Made by a program: the position numbers and the translations under genes
The notes under the pieces: model-generated
Told to the model about the DNA's origin: nothing
The model's input: only the letters and a program-made list of their open reading frames with translations
Database searches by the model: none
Sequence record: NC_031245.1
Length of the DNA stretch: 64,000 nucleotides
Strand: one strand, 5' to 3'
Shown here: positions 46,222 through 56,442 of the stretch, one piece after another
Layout: each line of letters begins with the position of its first letter
How positions within the stretch are numbered: the first letter of the stretch is position 1

Positions 46222-47892
46222 ATGACTCTCGATAATCGTAGTTACGATAGATCACTGGAACAGTTGATAGCTAAAGCTACGGAGTACAACTCCGACTGGA
46301 CTAAATTTGATCAAGCAGATATTGGTATCACAATTATCAAGTTGTTAGCTACTCAGTCCCATGTAGTTGACTACTATACTAAGTACTATCTCGAGAATTT
46401 ATACCTACCTAGTAATCGTCCTGAATTCATCTATGAGATGCTAGGGTATAAACCTGCTGCTAAATACACCACAATACTATCGCTACGTGTAGACTGGCTA
46501 AAATGTGGACCTGATGACTTTATCTACTTCCCTAAGAATACTTCTATAGAGCTCGATGCTGATGGTAAGAAGTACAATTTCCTAACAACTAAGGAGTACT
46601 ATTTACGTCAATACAGCTCTCGTGTAATTATGGATATGATCCATGGTGAGCTTATTAAGATTAAACTTAAGCCTGAAGAGATAAGGGATAACAAATACCT
46701 CATTACTGAGGATGACATAGATTTTGATACTGTTACATTCACTGTTGACGACCACCCATGGTCTCGTGTGAAGAACGTATTCTATGAACCCAAAGGATGC
46801 GTATTCAGTGTCCACTTACAAGACGATGATCCTGCAGGCAGTTATGTCTACCTTCAGGATGGATGGCAAGATCAAGTTCCTTCAGAAGTAAGTGAAATTG
46901 TTATTGAAGCAATTAAGATACCTGAGCATTTTACCACTAATACAGTTAAGTGTATAGAGGTAAAGTTTAAAGACCCTATCTTAAATGCTGCTGAAGAAGA
47001 TATCACTGAGAACTTTGCTCTTCACTTATTAGACGTAACTCCAGTTGACTCAACTGATAGTCAGGATCTAGCTAAGGACAGGATTATTACTCTGGATGAC
47101 TTTGAATTCCAGTCGATGATGTTCCCTGGAGTAGCTGCTGTTAGAGCTTATGACTGGGATACTTATCATCCGTCATTGGGTATTAATAGACCATTCTTTG
47201 TTAAAGTAGTGGCTACTGGACCTGATGGCAACTTAAGTGCTCAAGTCAAGAGTTCTATGAGACGTAGATTAAAGTCAATGACATTTGACAATATTGAAGT
47301 CGAAGTAGTCGATCCAGTACGTGTTAAGTACAATCCTTACATCTTAGCTAATATTGGTCAGTACAAAGGTACCTATCAAGAAAGTGATATCTATCAATCG
47401 ATCCGACGAGGAATTGAGAGGTACTTCACTGTAGGTAATATAGAGATAGGAACTAAAATTGATACTAGAGCAATGTTTGCTGAGATATTCAAAGAGGATG
47501 AGAGGATAAGATACCTCGAATGGTACGGATTCAAAGAAGGAATCGACTTAGATCCGTTAGCAATACCAGTTCTTGGTACTTTGACAGTTGACTTCAATGT
47601 TGATGCAGAACTTATCTTCGATGTAGGTTACGGAGATGAGATAGCTCATTATGGTCCAGTAAGTGAGGATTCAGGTACAAGTGCTGAAGATGTTACTTCT
47701 ATAGAAGTATTCCAGTCTCGTGAGGATACATCTTCTTCGGATTTAGAAATTGCTATTATCTCTGATAAGCACTTGATTGCAAGAGACTCAATCATTACTA
47801 ACAGGCTTGATACTATGAGAGTTCTTTCGTTGGGTAATACTGCTGAAGAGGAAGGTTCATCTCTAGAGGTAGCATCTATCAAAAAGAGCTAA
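46222..47892 (+). CDS. Second baseplate wedge protein (gp6/J-like)
   Basis: DWTKFDQADIG, RIITLDDFE...FPGV; paralogous N-terminus to 44013..45443. Confidence 0.7.
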   Translation: MTLDNRSYDRSLEQLIAKATEYNSDWTKFDQADIGITIIKLLATQSHVVDYYTKYYLENLYLPSNRPEFIYEMLGYKPAAKYTTILSLRVDWLKCGPDDFIYFPKNTSIELDADGKKYNFLTTKEYYLRQYSSRVIMDMIHGELIKIKLKPEEIRDNKYLITEDDIDFDTVTFTVDDHPWSRVKNVFYEPKGCVFSVHLQDDDPAGSYVYLQDGWQDQVPSEVSEIVIEAIKIPEHFTTNTVKCIEVKFKDPILNAAEEDITENFALHLLDVTPVDSTDSQDLAKDRIITLDDFEFQSMMFPGVAAVRAYDWDTYHPSLGINRPFFVKVVATGPDGNLSAQVKSSMRRRLKSMTFDNIEVEVVDPVRVKYNPYILANIGQYKGTYQESDIYQSIRRGIERYFTVGNIEIGTKIDTRAMFAEIFKEDERIRYLEWYGFKEGIDLDPLAIPVLGTLTVDFNVDAELIFDVGYGDEIAHYGPVSEDSGTSAEDVTSIEVFQSREDTSSSDLEIAIISDKHLIARDSIITNRLDTMRVLSLGNTAEEEGSSLEVASIKKS

Positions 47893-47918
47893 TTAGATAA
47901 GTCCGAGGAGGTGTACTG

Positions 47919-48074
47919 ATGAGTAAAGAAAAGATTGTAGCTTACTCAGGCACTAAGATTGAGAAGTTCGACTCTAAGATGAAGTTGGTTGATGTCCATC
48001 AGAGTCAAAGCGTCGAATCCGCTAATCAGGCTTCACCTACAGCTACTAAACCTAGTAGCAATGGCAATAAATAA
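47919..48074 (+). CDS. 51-aa ORF missing from the track
   Basis: GAGGAGGTG RBS; MSKEKIVAYSGTKIEKFDSK...; fills the gap between genes. Confidence 0.7.
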   Translation: MSKEKIVAYSGTKIEKFDSKMKLVDVHQSQSVESANQASPTATKPSSNGNK

Positions 48075-48103
48075 TCTAAAAATGAAATTGGAGGTCTTTC
48101 TTA

Positions 48104-48610
48104 ATGGAAAACATTATGGATAAAGCTGCTAAGTGGACTGTTAATACCAAAATCGAGAAGTACGCTACTCAGGCAGACTTTGCTGCAGGAGTTGTCACAG
48201 AGGTACAAGATATCAAAGGTAATGCATTACTAAGTGAAGGTATTAACTTACTTTGGACTTTAGTATGTGGAGGCTCTGGTACTCCATTCGATGCTACTGC
48301 TGCTCATATTGGAGTAGGTAATGATCAAACTCCAGTAGATAAAGGTCAAACTGGATTGTTAGGAATCAGTAAGCTATATAAAGCTATGGATGCTGGTTAC
48401 CCTCAATACGGTTCTAACGATAAAGTAGTATTCAAAGCTACATTCGGAGGAACTGAAGCTAACTTCCAATGGCATGAATGGACAGTAGCTAACGGTGACG
48501 GTACAGCTGATGATTCAGCAGTAATCAACTTGAACCGTAAAGTTGAGCCAATGGGGGAGAAATATGCTGGATCAACTTGGGTTATCACTGTAGAGATCAG
48601 CTTAACTTAA
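48104..48610 (+). CDS. Virion structural protein (baseplate/fibre region)
   Basis: GGAGGT RBS; GVGND, ATFGGTEANFQWHEW..., NRKVE motifs. Confidence 0.65.
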   Translation: MENIMDKAAKWTVNTKIEKYATQADFAAGVVTEVQDIKGNALLSEGINLLWTLVCGGSGTPFDATAAHIGVGNDQTPVDKGQTGLLGISKLYKAMDAGYPQYGSNDKVVFKATFGGTEANFQWHEWTVANGDGTADDSAVINLNRKVEPMGEKYAGSTWVITVEISLT

Positions 48611-48696
48611 TCTGACTCTATGGAGGTAGTAGTTGAGAGACTACTACCTTAACCTTATGTCTAAATAAATTCTAAATTCATATGGAGGTGTATTAA

Positions 48697-49161
48697 ATGC
48701 CAGCACCAATAGTTTCTTGGTACACAGCAGATAATACTTCACAGGTAACTCAATGGGATATCGGTACGGTAGATGCTGGATCCATTTCTAACACTTTCAC
48801 AGTACTTATCTGGAACAACCGTGGTAATGCTACAGCTGTTTCTGATATGACTAACTGTTCAATTACCACTAAGGATAATGCTGGTGGTAACACTGGTGAA
48901 TTGGTTACTAACACTTGGATCGAGGTAAAAGTTGACTCCTTAGGAGAAACTGGATTCTCAGCAATCGGTGGTACAGTAACTCATGATATCAGAGCTCAAA
49001 AGGCTGATGCTCCTGCTAAGACAATTAAAGGTACTGCAAACACTGGTCAATTGACTGACGAAGATAACTTCTCTAAATTGACTCTACGTGCTAACGTACC
49101 TCCAACTGCTACAGCAGGTTTAGTTAACTTCTTGACTCGTGTATCTTATCAGTACGTTTAA
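48697..49161 (+). CDS. Virion structural protein
   Basis: GGAGGTG RBS; beta-rich WDIGTVDAG...IWNNRG. Confidence 0.65.
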   Translation: MPAPIVSWYTADNTSQVTQWDIGTVDAGSISNTFTVLIWNNRGNATAVSDMTNCSITTKDNAGGNTGELVTNTWIEVKVDSLGETGFSAIGGTVTHDIRAQKADAPAKTIKGTANTGQLTDEDNFSKLTLRANVPPTATAGLVNFLTRVSYQYV

Positions 49162-49200
49162 TACAAATATTTCACTCAATACAATGAGGGAGGAATCATA

Positions 49201-49797
49201 ATGGAGTCTGTGTTCAGTAAGATAAATGGAATGTCTCCTGTAGCACAAGACTTTATTTGGTTGGGTGAGTATCTTGATGGTACTCACCTTTCTGAATTTG
49301 GTCTTGAAACTAAGGAGGAAAATAGTTTTTATGACATTCAGAGAGATAAATTACTAAGGTTCGGATTAATCGGTCATGGATTAAAGTTATATTTTGAGGT
49401 TGATGGAGTATTCAATCTTGCAGGTCAGGCTATCGAGTTAGAGTATCGAGTAGGGGATAAGGTCTATCCGCTTACTGGACTGTACGGTCAATCAAGGGAT
49501 ATTATAACTTATAAAGACGCAGAAGCTCTACTCAATCCAGCTGGAGGTAAAGTACGCACTCAAATCAATCAATATACATTCGGATACAAAACTGAATTAG
49601 ATGTTCAAGGGATTAAGTTTAATCTTAAGGCATTATGTGTAGTCCCATACGGTAAAGCTGCATATATGAATTTAAGGTTAGTATCCGATAGCGAACTAGA
49701 AGGTACTCTAGTAGTTAAGAAGAACAATAGAGTACATCAGGAGATTAAAGCTCCATTGAGTAAGGGTGTCGGTGGAGAAGTTAACATAATTATCTAA
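49201..49797 (+). CDS. Hypothetical protein, tail region
   Basis: GGAGGA RBS; 198 aa. Confidence 0.7.
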   Translation: MESVFSKINGMSPVAQDFIWLGEYLDGTHLSEFGLETKEENSFYDIQRDKLLRFGLIGHGLKLYFEVDGVFNLAGQAIELEYRVGDKVYPLTGLYGQSRDIITYKDAEALLNPAGGKVRTQINQYTFGYKTELDVQGIKFNLKALCVVPYGKAAYMNLRLVSDSELEGTLVVKKNNRVHQEIKAPLSKGVGGEVNIII

Positions 49798-49815
49798 CAG
49801 AGAGGAGGGTAAAGT

Positions 49816-52368
49816 ATGGCTGTATCCACTGCTGCAAAGAGGATCTTCAATAAAAAATTACAATTTGGTAATCTGAGCTTTACCTATATAGGAGATACTA
49901 CCATTGACTTCCCAAAAGTTACTGACATAATGGTCAGTCGTAATGGAATCTATGTAGTTAATACTAACTTCTTTACAGGAATTACGTACTATCGTAAGAA
50001 TGCTAATGGAACTATAGGATCTTTAGTAGAAAGTGGTAGAAGGTGGTCTGGTAGTGAAATAAATGAGATCAATCAGCAAAATAGCTCAGTTTCTGCAGCA
50101 TATACTATATACACTGATCCTAGGGATGGTTTAGACTACCTAATAGGTTGGTCAAAATCTTATGCCAGGATCTTTATATTTAAATTGCAAGATAGCATCG
50201 ACGATGATTCTAGAAACATTAAAACTATCGATACTTATACCGAAAATATTCCTAAAGCTATTGCTCCTTATAGTCGAGCTGGATGGGATGGGGATCATAC
50301 TATTTATTTCTTAGATACTGCTGATCTTACTCTTTATAAGTTCGATATTTATGATCCATCTAAGGGATTGATAAGGATAGGTCAATTAAAAGGATATTTC
50401 CAGTCTAATGCTTATACTGGATCCGGATTATTTTTATCTCCAGATGGTTCTATGCTTTACCTGCCAGGAGGAGCTGCTTCGATCGATTACCTGCTACAAG
50501 TTTATCTGTTAACTGATTATGAAGATCGGAATAAAAAGGAAGGATCGATCTATCAGTACTCTGATCAGATCACTTATACAGACCTGAATAGTATAGGATC
50601 TAGTAGTACTCTAGCTACTGGTAATGTATTCTATAATCACTTGGATAAAGTGGCTTATAGAACGTTCTGGACTGCTTCTTCAATATATAACTATCGGTGT
50701 GTCCTAACGAGCGATCTTGCAAATAGTTTTCCTTACGGTATTAACTTGACTAAGGCTGATGCTGAGGTGCATAATGGTGATTATGACTTAATATTTAACA
50801 CTTATCCTAGGGTAGGATCTGATCCGACTCCTCCAAGTGTATATTCCTATAAATTTAAAATATTAGTTAATAATGTTCAGGCTTATCCCGCGACTCCAGG
50901 TTATTCAGGGGATAACGACATATTGACTAACAACATATTAATAATACCTAATAGTTACTTCAAGGAAGTTCTTGGTATAAACTGGGTAGAGATCTGGTTT
51001 AGAGACAATCAAGGAATAGTAATTTATTACTTTCCTGTGTTAAGTAGGAATAAGCCTGCAGTCATATCATTGTCTATTGACAAGGACGAAATTCATTCTG
51101 AATATGTTAACTTCATGGCTAACGTATCTGATGAAATAGGTGATACTCTTAGTTACCGTATACTAATCAATAATATAGTAGCGGAAGACTGGTCATCCGA
51201 TGGGTATCTGGCTCCTATGAAAATTGTTCGTAATTATCGTCCTGGTACATTCGTAACTGGACCTAATACTATCACTGTTGAAATACGATCCAATTTCAAA
51301 GGAAATATCGTTGAGTCTAGTGAGTCTATCTCTCTAGTCAAGAATAATAATTTGCCTGATCTATCAACTGAGATCAAAGGGCGTAATGTTATAATCAACT
51401 CCAATGATAAAGATGGTGACTTGTTATCTTTTAGAATACTAGTCAATGATACTCAGGTGATTCCTGAACAGGGTTACTCTATGTACTTCCCTACTCCATT
51501 GGAGACTGAATTTGTTATTCCTCGTGATAAAATCAATATCAATCAGATCAATAAAGTTACAATCCAAGTCCGTGATCAGAGTGAGGACGTAGCTACTGCC
51601 AATCATAACGTGTACATGACGTACTCAGGACTACTTTTCAGTGATCCTGAAGGTAATTATTACACTGATGATATTGGTCAATTGTTGAAATACTTGGACA
51701 TTGGTACGGTTCTAGCTAGAGAAACATCCGATATCTATGAGGTTAGAGTATGTAACACTTTAGGTTATCCTGTAGGTAACATCACTCTTGATCCTATTTA
51801 TGATGATCTTGATCCAGTTACTGAAATTATTGAGTTGAGCAAGACTGGAGGTAAAGACTTCCGTGCAGATCAACATTTACTTTATGATGAGAAAGTTGTC
51901 CATCACGGAGATTACGTCACAGTGTTTATCCGGATTAATGCATTAGATGGTGCAGCAGGTGGAGGTCATTTCCGAGTTATTGCTAAAGCAGATCCAGTAA
52001 TCGCTACGTGGGTTGGTTCTATTGATGGAGGATCTATCGATGATCATACTATTCAATTTAATCAGTCTATCGGAGAAGTTGTAGCTATTCAGGATACACT
52101 CACAGTCTCAAATCGTGATTCTGATAGAGCTACATCTAGTGATTTATACGAAGTTGGACCATTATCTCTAGATGAAGGTAATATCTCGGAGGTTGTACCA
52201 AATCGTGAGGTAGGAAGTTCAGATAGTGAAGAAGGTAATGACACTCTTAGTGATCAAACTCTATCTATTCAGGATACATCTTACAGTGAAGATTCAGTTC
52301 CTAATAGAGAGTTATCAACTCCTGATGAGTCTATTTCTGATGAATCCTCGACAGTATCTGAAGAATAA
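49816..52368 (+). CDS. Tail fibre/receptor-binding protein 1
   Basis: Unique N-terminus, Ig-like repeats, shared C-terminal module (GLLF.D...LKYLD.GT...HGD...GG.F), acidic repeat tail. Confidence 0.7.
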   Translation: MAVSTAAKRIFNKKLQFGNLSFTYIGDTTIDFPKVTDIMVSRNGIYVVNTNFFTGITYYRKNANGTIGSLVESGRRWSGSEINEINQQNSSVSAAYTIYTDPRDGLDYLIGWSKSYARIFIFKLQDSIDDDSRNIKTIDTYTENIPKAIAPYSRAGWDGDHTIYFLDTADLTLYKFDIYDPSKGLIRIGQLKGYFQSNAYTGSGLFLSPDGSMLYLPGGAASIDYLLQVYLLTDYEDRNKKEGSIYQYSDQITYTDLNSIGSSSTLATGNVFYNHLDKVAYRTFWTASSIYNYRCVLTSDLANSFPYGINLTKADAEVHNGDYDLIFNTYPRVGSDPTPPSVYSYKFKILVNNVQAYPATPGYSGDNDILTNNILIIPNSYFKEVLGINWVEIWFRDNQGIVIYYFPVLSRNKPAVISLSIDKDEIHSEYVNFMANVSDEIGDTLSYRILINNIVAEDWSSDGYLAPMKIVRNYRPGTFVTGPNTITVEIRSNFKGNIVESSESISLVKNNNLPDLSTEIKGRNVIINSNDKDGDLLSFRILVNDTQVIPEQGYSMYFPTPLETEFVIPRDKININQINKVTIQVRDQSEDVATANHNVYMTYSGLLFSDPEGNYYTDDIGQLLKYLDIGTVLARETSDIYEVRVCNTLGYPVGNITLDPIYDDLDPVTEIIELSKTGGKDFRADQHLLYDEKVVHHGDYVTVFIRINALDGAAGGGHFRVIAKADPVIATWVGSIDGGSIDDHTIQFNQSIGEVVAIQDTLTVSNRDSDRATSSDLYEVGPLSLDEGNISEVVPNREVGSSDSEEGNDTLSDQTLSIQDTSYSEDSVPNRELSTPDESISDESSTVSEE

Positions 52369-52382
52369 GGTGGTGGTAATCT

Positions 52383-54038
52383 ATGAAAGTCGCTGAGAGA
52401 TTTATAAATAATCAGCAATTAATATTACCGTGGACATTGAATATGTGGGGAGTCTCTGGTTCGAGACTCCGAAGTCAGAACCAAGGTAAACATGGTACAG
52501 TCTCTTATGCAGAATTTACCTATGATTTTCCTTCTGATGGTAAGATATCCTTCAATTATACAGTATCCAGTGAGGGGAACTACGACTATATCTGGTTTGA
52601 TTACGACGGTGTTCGTATGGTTGCTGTATCAGGGGAGTCAGGAACTCGCAGTGTTGAATTAGATGTCTCTAAGGGACGTCATACATTTCGATGGTCTTAT
52701 CGTAAGGATGGCAGTACTAATAAAGGTAATGACGAAGCTACGATTTGGAATTTAGTACTTGAATACGTAGGTGTGAATTTGGAAGCATTTAAAGTCAGTC
52801 CCTCGGAAATACACAAAGAGTCTATTGAAGTGGCAGCTTCAGTAGTTTTAGCTAATGAGACTGAACTTCCTTTTAATTATCGATTACTGGTAGATAATAC
52901 TCAGGTGTATCCAGACTCAGGCTGGACTGAGGATTTTATACCTCCTAAAAGTATTAATCATACAATACCAGCAGATAAATTTCCGATTAATGCAACGTCT
53001 GTAGTAAGTATAGAGATGAAGGATAGTAATACGGATTCTCGATTCTACTTTGCTAATGGTGAGGCTAAAGTAACTCGTAATAATAAAGACCCTAATGCCA
53101 ACCTTTATCTATCATCCAGTCGAGTTCATAAAGAGAACGCAATTTTATCCGCAATAATCGAAGACCCTGAGAAGGATACCGTCAGGTATAGACTGTTCTT
53201 GAATGATAAGCAGATATTACCTGAGACTGGATGGTCACCTTTTGCATTATCGCCACATTCGTTCAGTTACTCTGTAAGAGCAGTTGATTTAAAAATTGGA
53301 GAAAACATACTGAGACTCGATGTTGAGGATGATTTAGGAGGAACTCTAACCGAATCACTCACTCTCTATAAAGATAACAATCTACCTGAAGTGCTTAATC
53401 CTGAAGTTCGAGGATTCACTGTGTATTCAACTATGGATGATAAGGATAAAGATCTGGTTCAATACCGAGTCCTAGTTGATGGGGATCAAGTGTATCCAGA
53501 ACAAGGTCAGGATTGGTCTAAATATTTACCAGTCCCAATTAATATGAGCTATCAGATAACTGATCCTACCATACAGGCAGGTGTACCTCATCTAATAAGA
53601 ATAGAAGTTAGAGATGAACTAGGGGAGGAGAATTACTGGGAAGATAACTTAGTATTGGATTATCCTGGTTTGTTATTCACTGATGAGTCTGGAGGTTATT
53701 ACTCCAATCATATAGGAGAAATACTTAAGTTGTTAGATACAGGTACGACTGTAGCAGGAAATGACTCAAACGTATTTAAAGTACTTCTTCGCAATAACTC
53801 TGGATTCGCCTTAAAAGACGTTAAGTTAATGGTTGTTCAAAGGGATTTAGATCCTGTGGACGAGGTAGTTCAAATTAGTAAGACCGAATCACCTTTTGAT
53901 CCTAGTCAAGAATTAAAATACGACGGACGTATGAAACATGGTGATATTATACCATTCTACGTTAGAATACACACTACTCGTAAGGCAATTGGCGGAGGTC
54001 AATTCGATATTTACGTTAGTGCTCATCCAACTAATTAA
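52383..54038 (+). CDS. Tail fibre/receptor-binding protein 2
   Basis: Short beta-sandwich N-terminus (FRWSYRKDGS...GND.A), then the same Ig-like and C-terminal modules. Confidence 0.7.
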   Translation: MKVAERFINNQQLILPWTLNMWGVSGSRLRSQNQGKHGTVSYAEFTYDFPSDGKISFNYTVSSEGNYDYIWFDYDGVRMVAVSGESGTRSVELDVSKGRHTFRWSYRKDGSTNKGNDEATIWNLVLEYVGVNLEAFKVSPSEIHKESIEVAASVVLANETELPFNYRLLVDNTQVYPDSGWTEDFIPPKSINHTIPADKFPINATSVVSIEMKDSNTDSRFYFANGEAKVTRNNKDPNANLYLSSSRVHKENAILSAIIEDPEKDTVRYRLFLNDKQILPETGWSPFALSPHSFSYSVRAVDLKIGENILRLDVEDDLGGTLTESLTLYKDNNLPEVLNPEVRGFTVYSTMDDKDKDLVQYRVLVDGDQVYPEQGQDWSKYLPVPINMSYQITDPTIQAGVPHLIRIEVRDELGEENYWEDNLVLDYPGLLFTDESGGYYSNHIGEILKLLDTGTTVAGNDSNVFKVLLRNNSGFALKDVKLMVVQRDLDPVDEVVQISKTESPFDPSQELKYDGRMKHGDIIPFYVRIHTTRKAIGGGQFDIYVSAHPTN

Positions 54039-54051
54039 GAGGTGGTAGTCA

Positions 54052-56340
54052 ATGGGTAGTTCAACTCATAGTCACTTTCACGTTGATAAGGATAATAGAG
54101 TATTCAGGAGTGGTTATGGCTATGCATATATGCTTGGAGGTTCAATGCCTTCAGGTAATAACTATGCTACACTTGAATACACAGAATTAAATATTGGGGA
54201 AATAAAACAAATTGATACAGGTTATGGTATGACTTATCTTCTGACTAAGGATGGCAAATTATATGGCTTAGGGGATAATAATTACTATCAATTATCAAAC
54301 GTAATAGGCTCTGGTGTTGATTCTAGGAATCCTGTACTCATAATGGAGAATGTAGAACAGGTAGCTGCTGGTTATTACCATGCAGCAATTCTCAAAACTA
54401 ACGGTGACGTAATAGTTCTGGGACGATGTGATGGTGGTGAAGCAGGACGTCCTGCTGGTAACTATGGGGATAGAAATTACGTAGCATTCTCTGGAGCTAA
54501 GTATGTAGCGGTAGGCTCCGATAACACTTTCATTATCGATACCAAAGGAGACCTATACGCTTCAGGTAATAATAGTTATGGATCTATCGATCCTAGTCTT
54601 GCTACTAACGTCTATACGTTTACTAAAATAGACAGTGATGTTATTCACGTTGCTGCAGGTCAGTATTTTTCTGCTTATATAAAAACTGACGGTAAATTGT
54701 ATTCCAAAGGACGTAATTATTACGGTCAGCTCGGACGTAGTGAAGGGTGGAGATCTAATAGCAAGTTCGGTGTTGGATTTGTAATGGACGATGTTAGATC
54801 AGTAGCCTGTGGATACAATCACATGGTTTGGGTTACTAAAGATAATAAAGTCTATACTGCTGGTTCTAATGCTTATAATCAAGTTTCCATTGACGATCGT
54901 AATGATCGCTGGGAGCCTATTCTTGTAAGAGAAGATGGACTGCAGGTATATTGTGGTATGAATTACACCATGGTACTGTGTGCAGATGGTACATTAGTAG
55001 GTTGCGGAAGCTCAGATAATGGTGAGTTAGGAATCAATAATAGCTATACTAACTATTGGGTCGAGTTAGGTAAGGATGTTCGATTTGCGAACGGAGCTAG
55101 TCCTAATTACATCATTCTAACCAATCTGTCATACAATACTCCTATTCATAAGGAAGATACTATTCTCCAAGTCAACGTTGATCACGTCCTATCTCAAAAG
55201 GTTCAATACCAAATAGCGATTAATGGTAAACAGTATTTCCCTCAATCAGGATGGACTCCTCTATTGAGTACGATGTTTACTATGACTAAGAACATAGCAC
55301 ACTCAGAACTGGATATAGGAATTAATAAAGTAGTAGTCTTCTTCAGGGATGAATTCGGAAGCACAAGTTTGATGTTTGCAGAAATTACTAAAAGCAATAA
55401 GTCTCCGACTGCAAACATTAGATTGTCAAGTCTTTCAGTACACAAACAGAATGTCAATCTATCAGGTACTATAACTGATTCCGAAGGAGATAAAGTTAGA
55501 TATAGAGTCTTACTCAACGGTAATCAAAAGCATCCTTCAGTTGGTTTCACGTTATTCGAGGATTCCCCAAGTATAGTATCCTACGTAATTAGTAACTCGG
55601 ATTTAGTTTCAGGTTCTAATAACGTAGTCGTAGAATTCGAGGATGACTTAGGAACTCGAGCTACTTGGAGTGGTACAGTTATCAAGTCCAATAATTCTCC
55701 TACCGTTAAAGGAGAAGTTCGAGGTCTATTCCTAGATGCAGAACTTAACGACTTGGATCGAGATCCAATTCAATACCGAATTTTAGTTAATGGGAAACAA
55801 ATCTTTCCTGAGAATGGATTTACTAATTATACCGTAGCTCCCTATACTATAAACTACCGCATACCTAATGACGCTGTCAATAAAGGTACGACTAACGTAG
55901 TACGTATCGAAGTACAAGACGATGTAGGAGGATTTACTGCTCGTGAAATTACCTTCATAGGTGTTGAGTCAGGGCTTATCTTCTGTGACGCTACCGAGTC
56001 CTTTTACTCTACGGATTTCGGGGAGATACTCAAGTATCTCGACTTCGGTACTATTATAGCAGGGCAGACTACAAGTGCTGAACGTGTATGGGTAAAGAAC
56101 ACACTAGGTTATCCAGTTACTAACGTTAGACTTAATCTCGATCAAAGAGAACTGGATGGAGTGGATGCTAAAGCTGAGATGTCTCAGTTAGATGCACCAT
56201 TTGTGCCTAGTCAGGACTTGATGTATGATGGAGATTTACCTCATGGAGAGAAGATTAGTTTCTACGTCAGAGTAGCTACTACTCGTCAAGCTCGTTCAGG
56301 AGGTATGTTCGATATTTACGTGACAGCTGACCCAGTTTAA
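54052..56340 (+). CDS. Tail fibre/receptor-binding protein 3 with RCC1-like repeats
   Basis: Repeated AAGYYH..IL.T.G.V...G.N..GQL pattern, plus the shared C-terminal modules. Confidence 0.78.
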   Translation: MGSSTHSHFHVDKDNRVFRSGYGYAYMLGGSMPSGNNYATLEYTELNIGEIKQIDTGYGMTYLLTKDGKLYGLGDNNYYQLSNVIGSGVDSRNPVLIMENVEQVAAGYYHAAILKTNGDVIVLGRCDGGEAGRPAGNYGDRNYVAFSGAKYVAVGSDNTFIIDTKGDLYASGNNSYGSIDPSLATNVYTFTKIDSDVIHVAAGQYFSAYIKTDGKLYSKGRNYYGQLGRSEGWRSNSKFGVGFVMDDVRSVACGYNHMVWVTKDNKVYTAGSNAYNQVSIDDRNDRWEPILVREDGLQVYCGMNYTMVLCADGTLVGCGSSDNGELGINNSYTNYWVELGKDVRFANGASPNYIILTNLSYNTPIHKEDTILQVNVDHVLSQKVQYQIAINGKQYFPQSGWTPLLSTMFTMTKNIAHSELDIGINKVVVFFRDEFGSTSLMFAEITKSNKSPTANIRLSSLSVHKQNVNLSGTITDSEGDKVRYRVLLNGNQKHPSVGFTLFEDSPSIVSYVISNSDLVSGSNNVVVEFEDDLGTRATWSGTVIKSNNSPTVKGEVRGLFLDAELNDLDRDPIQYRILVNGKQIFPENGFTNYTVAPYTINYRIPNDAVNKGTTNVVRIEVQDDVGGFTAREITFIGVESGLIFCDATESFYSTDFGEILKYLDFGTIIAGQTTSAERVWVKNTLGYPVTNVRLNLDQRELDGVDAKAEMSQLDAPFVPSQDLMYDGDLPHGEKISFYVRVATTRQARSGGMFDIYVTADPV

Positions 56341-56351
56341 TAAAGTACTAG

Positions 56352-56381
56352 AAGTCCTGATCGTATTGGTCAGGACTTTTG
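56352..56381 (+). terminator. Intrinsic terminator
   Basis: AAGTCCTGATC / GGTCAGGACTT plus a T tract. Confidence 0.7.
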
Positions 56382-56442
56382 TAATTCCAATGCCATGGAA
56401 TTCAGGCATTCATTCCAATACAATGGAAAGGAGGTGCGTAAG

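Noticed and set aside
49816-56340. Diversity-generating retroelement acting on the fibre paralogues
   Set aside because: There is no reverse transcriptase and no near-identical template/variable repeat pair differing at adenines; the similarity is at protein level only.
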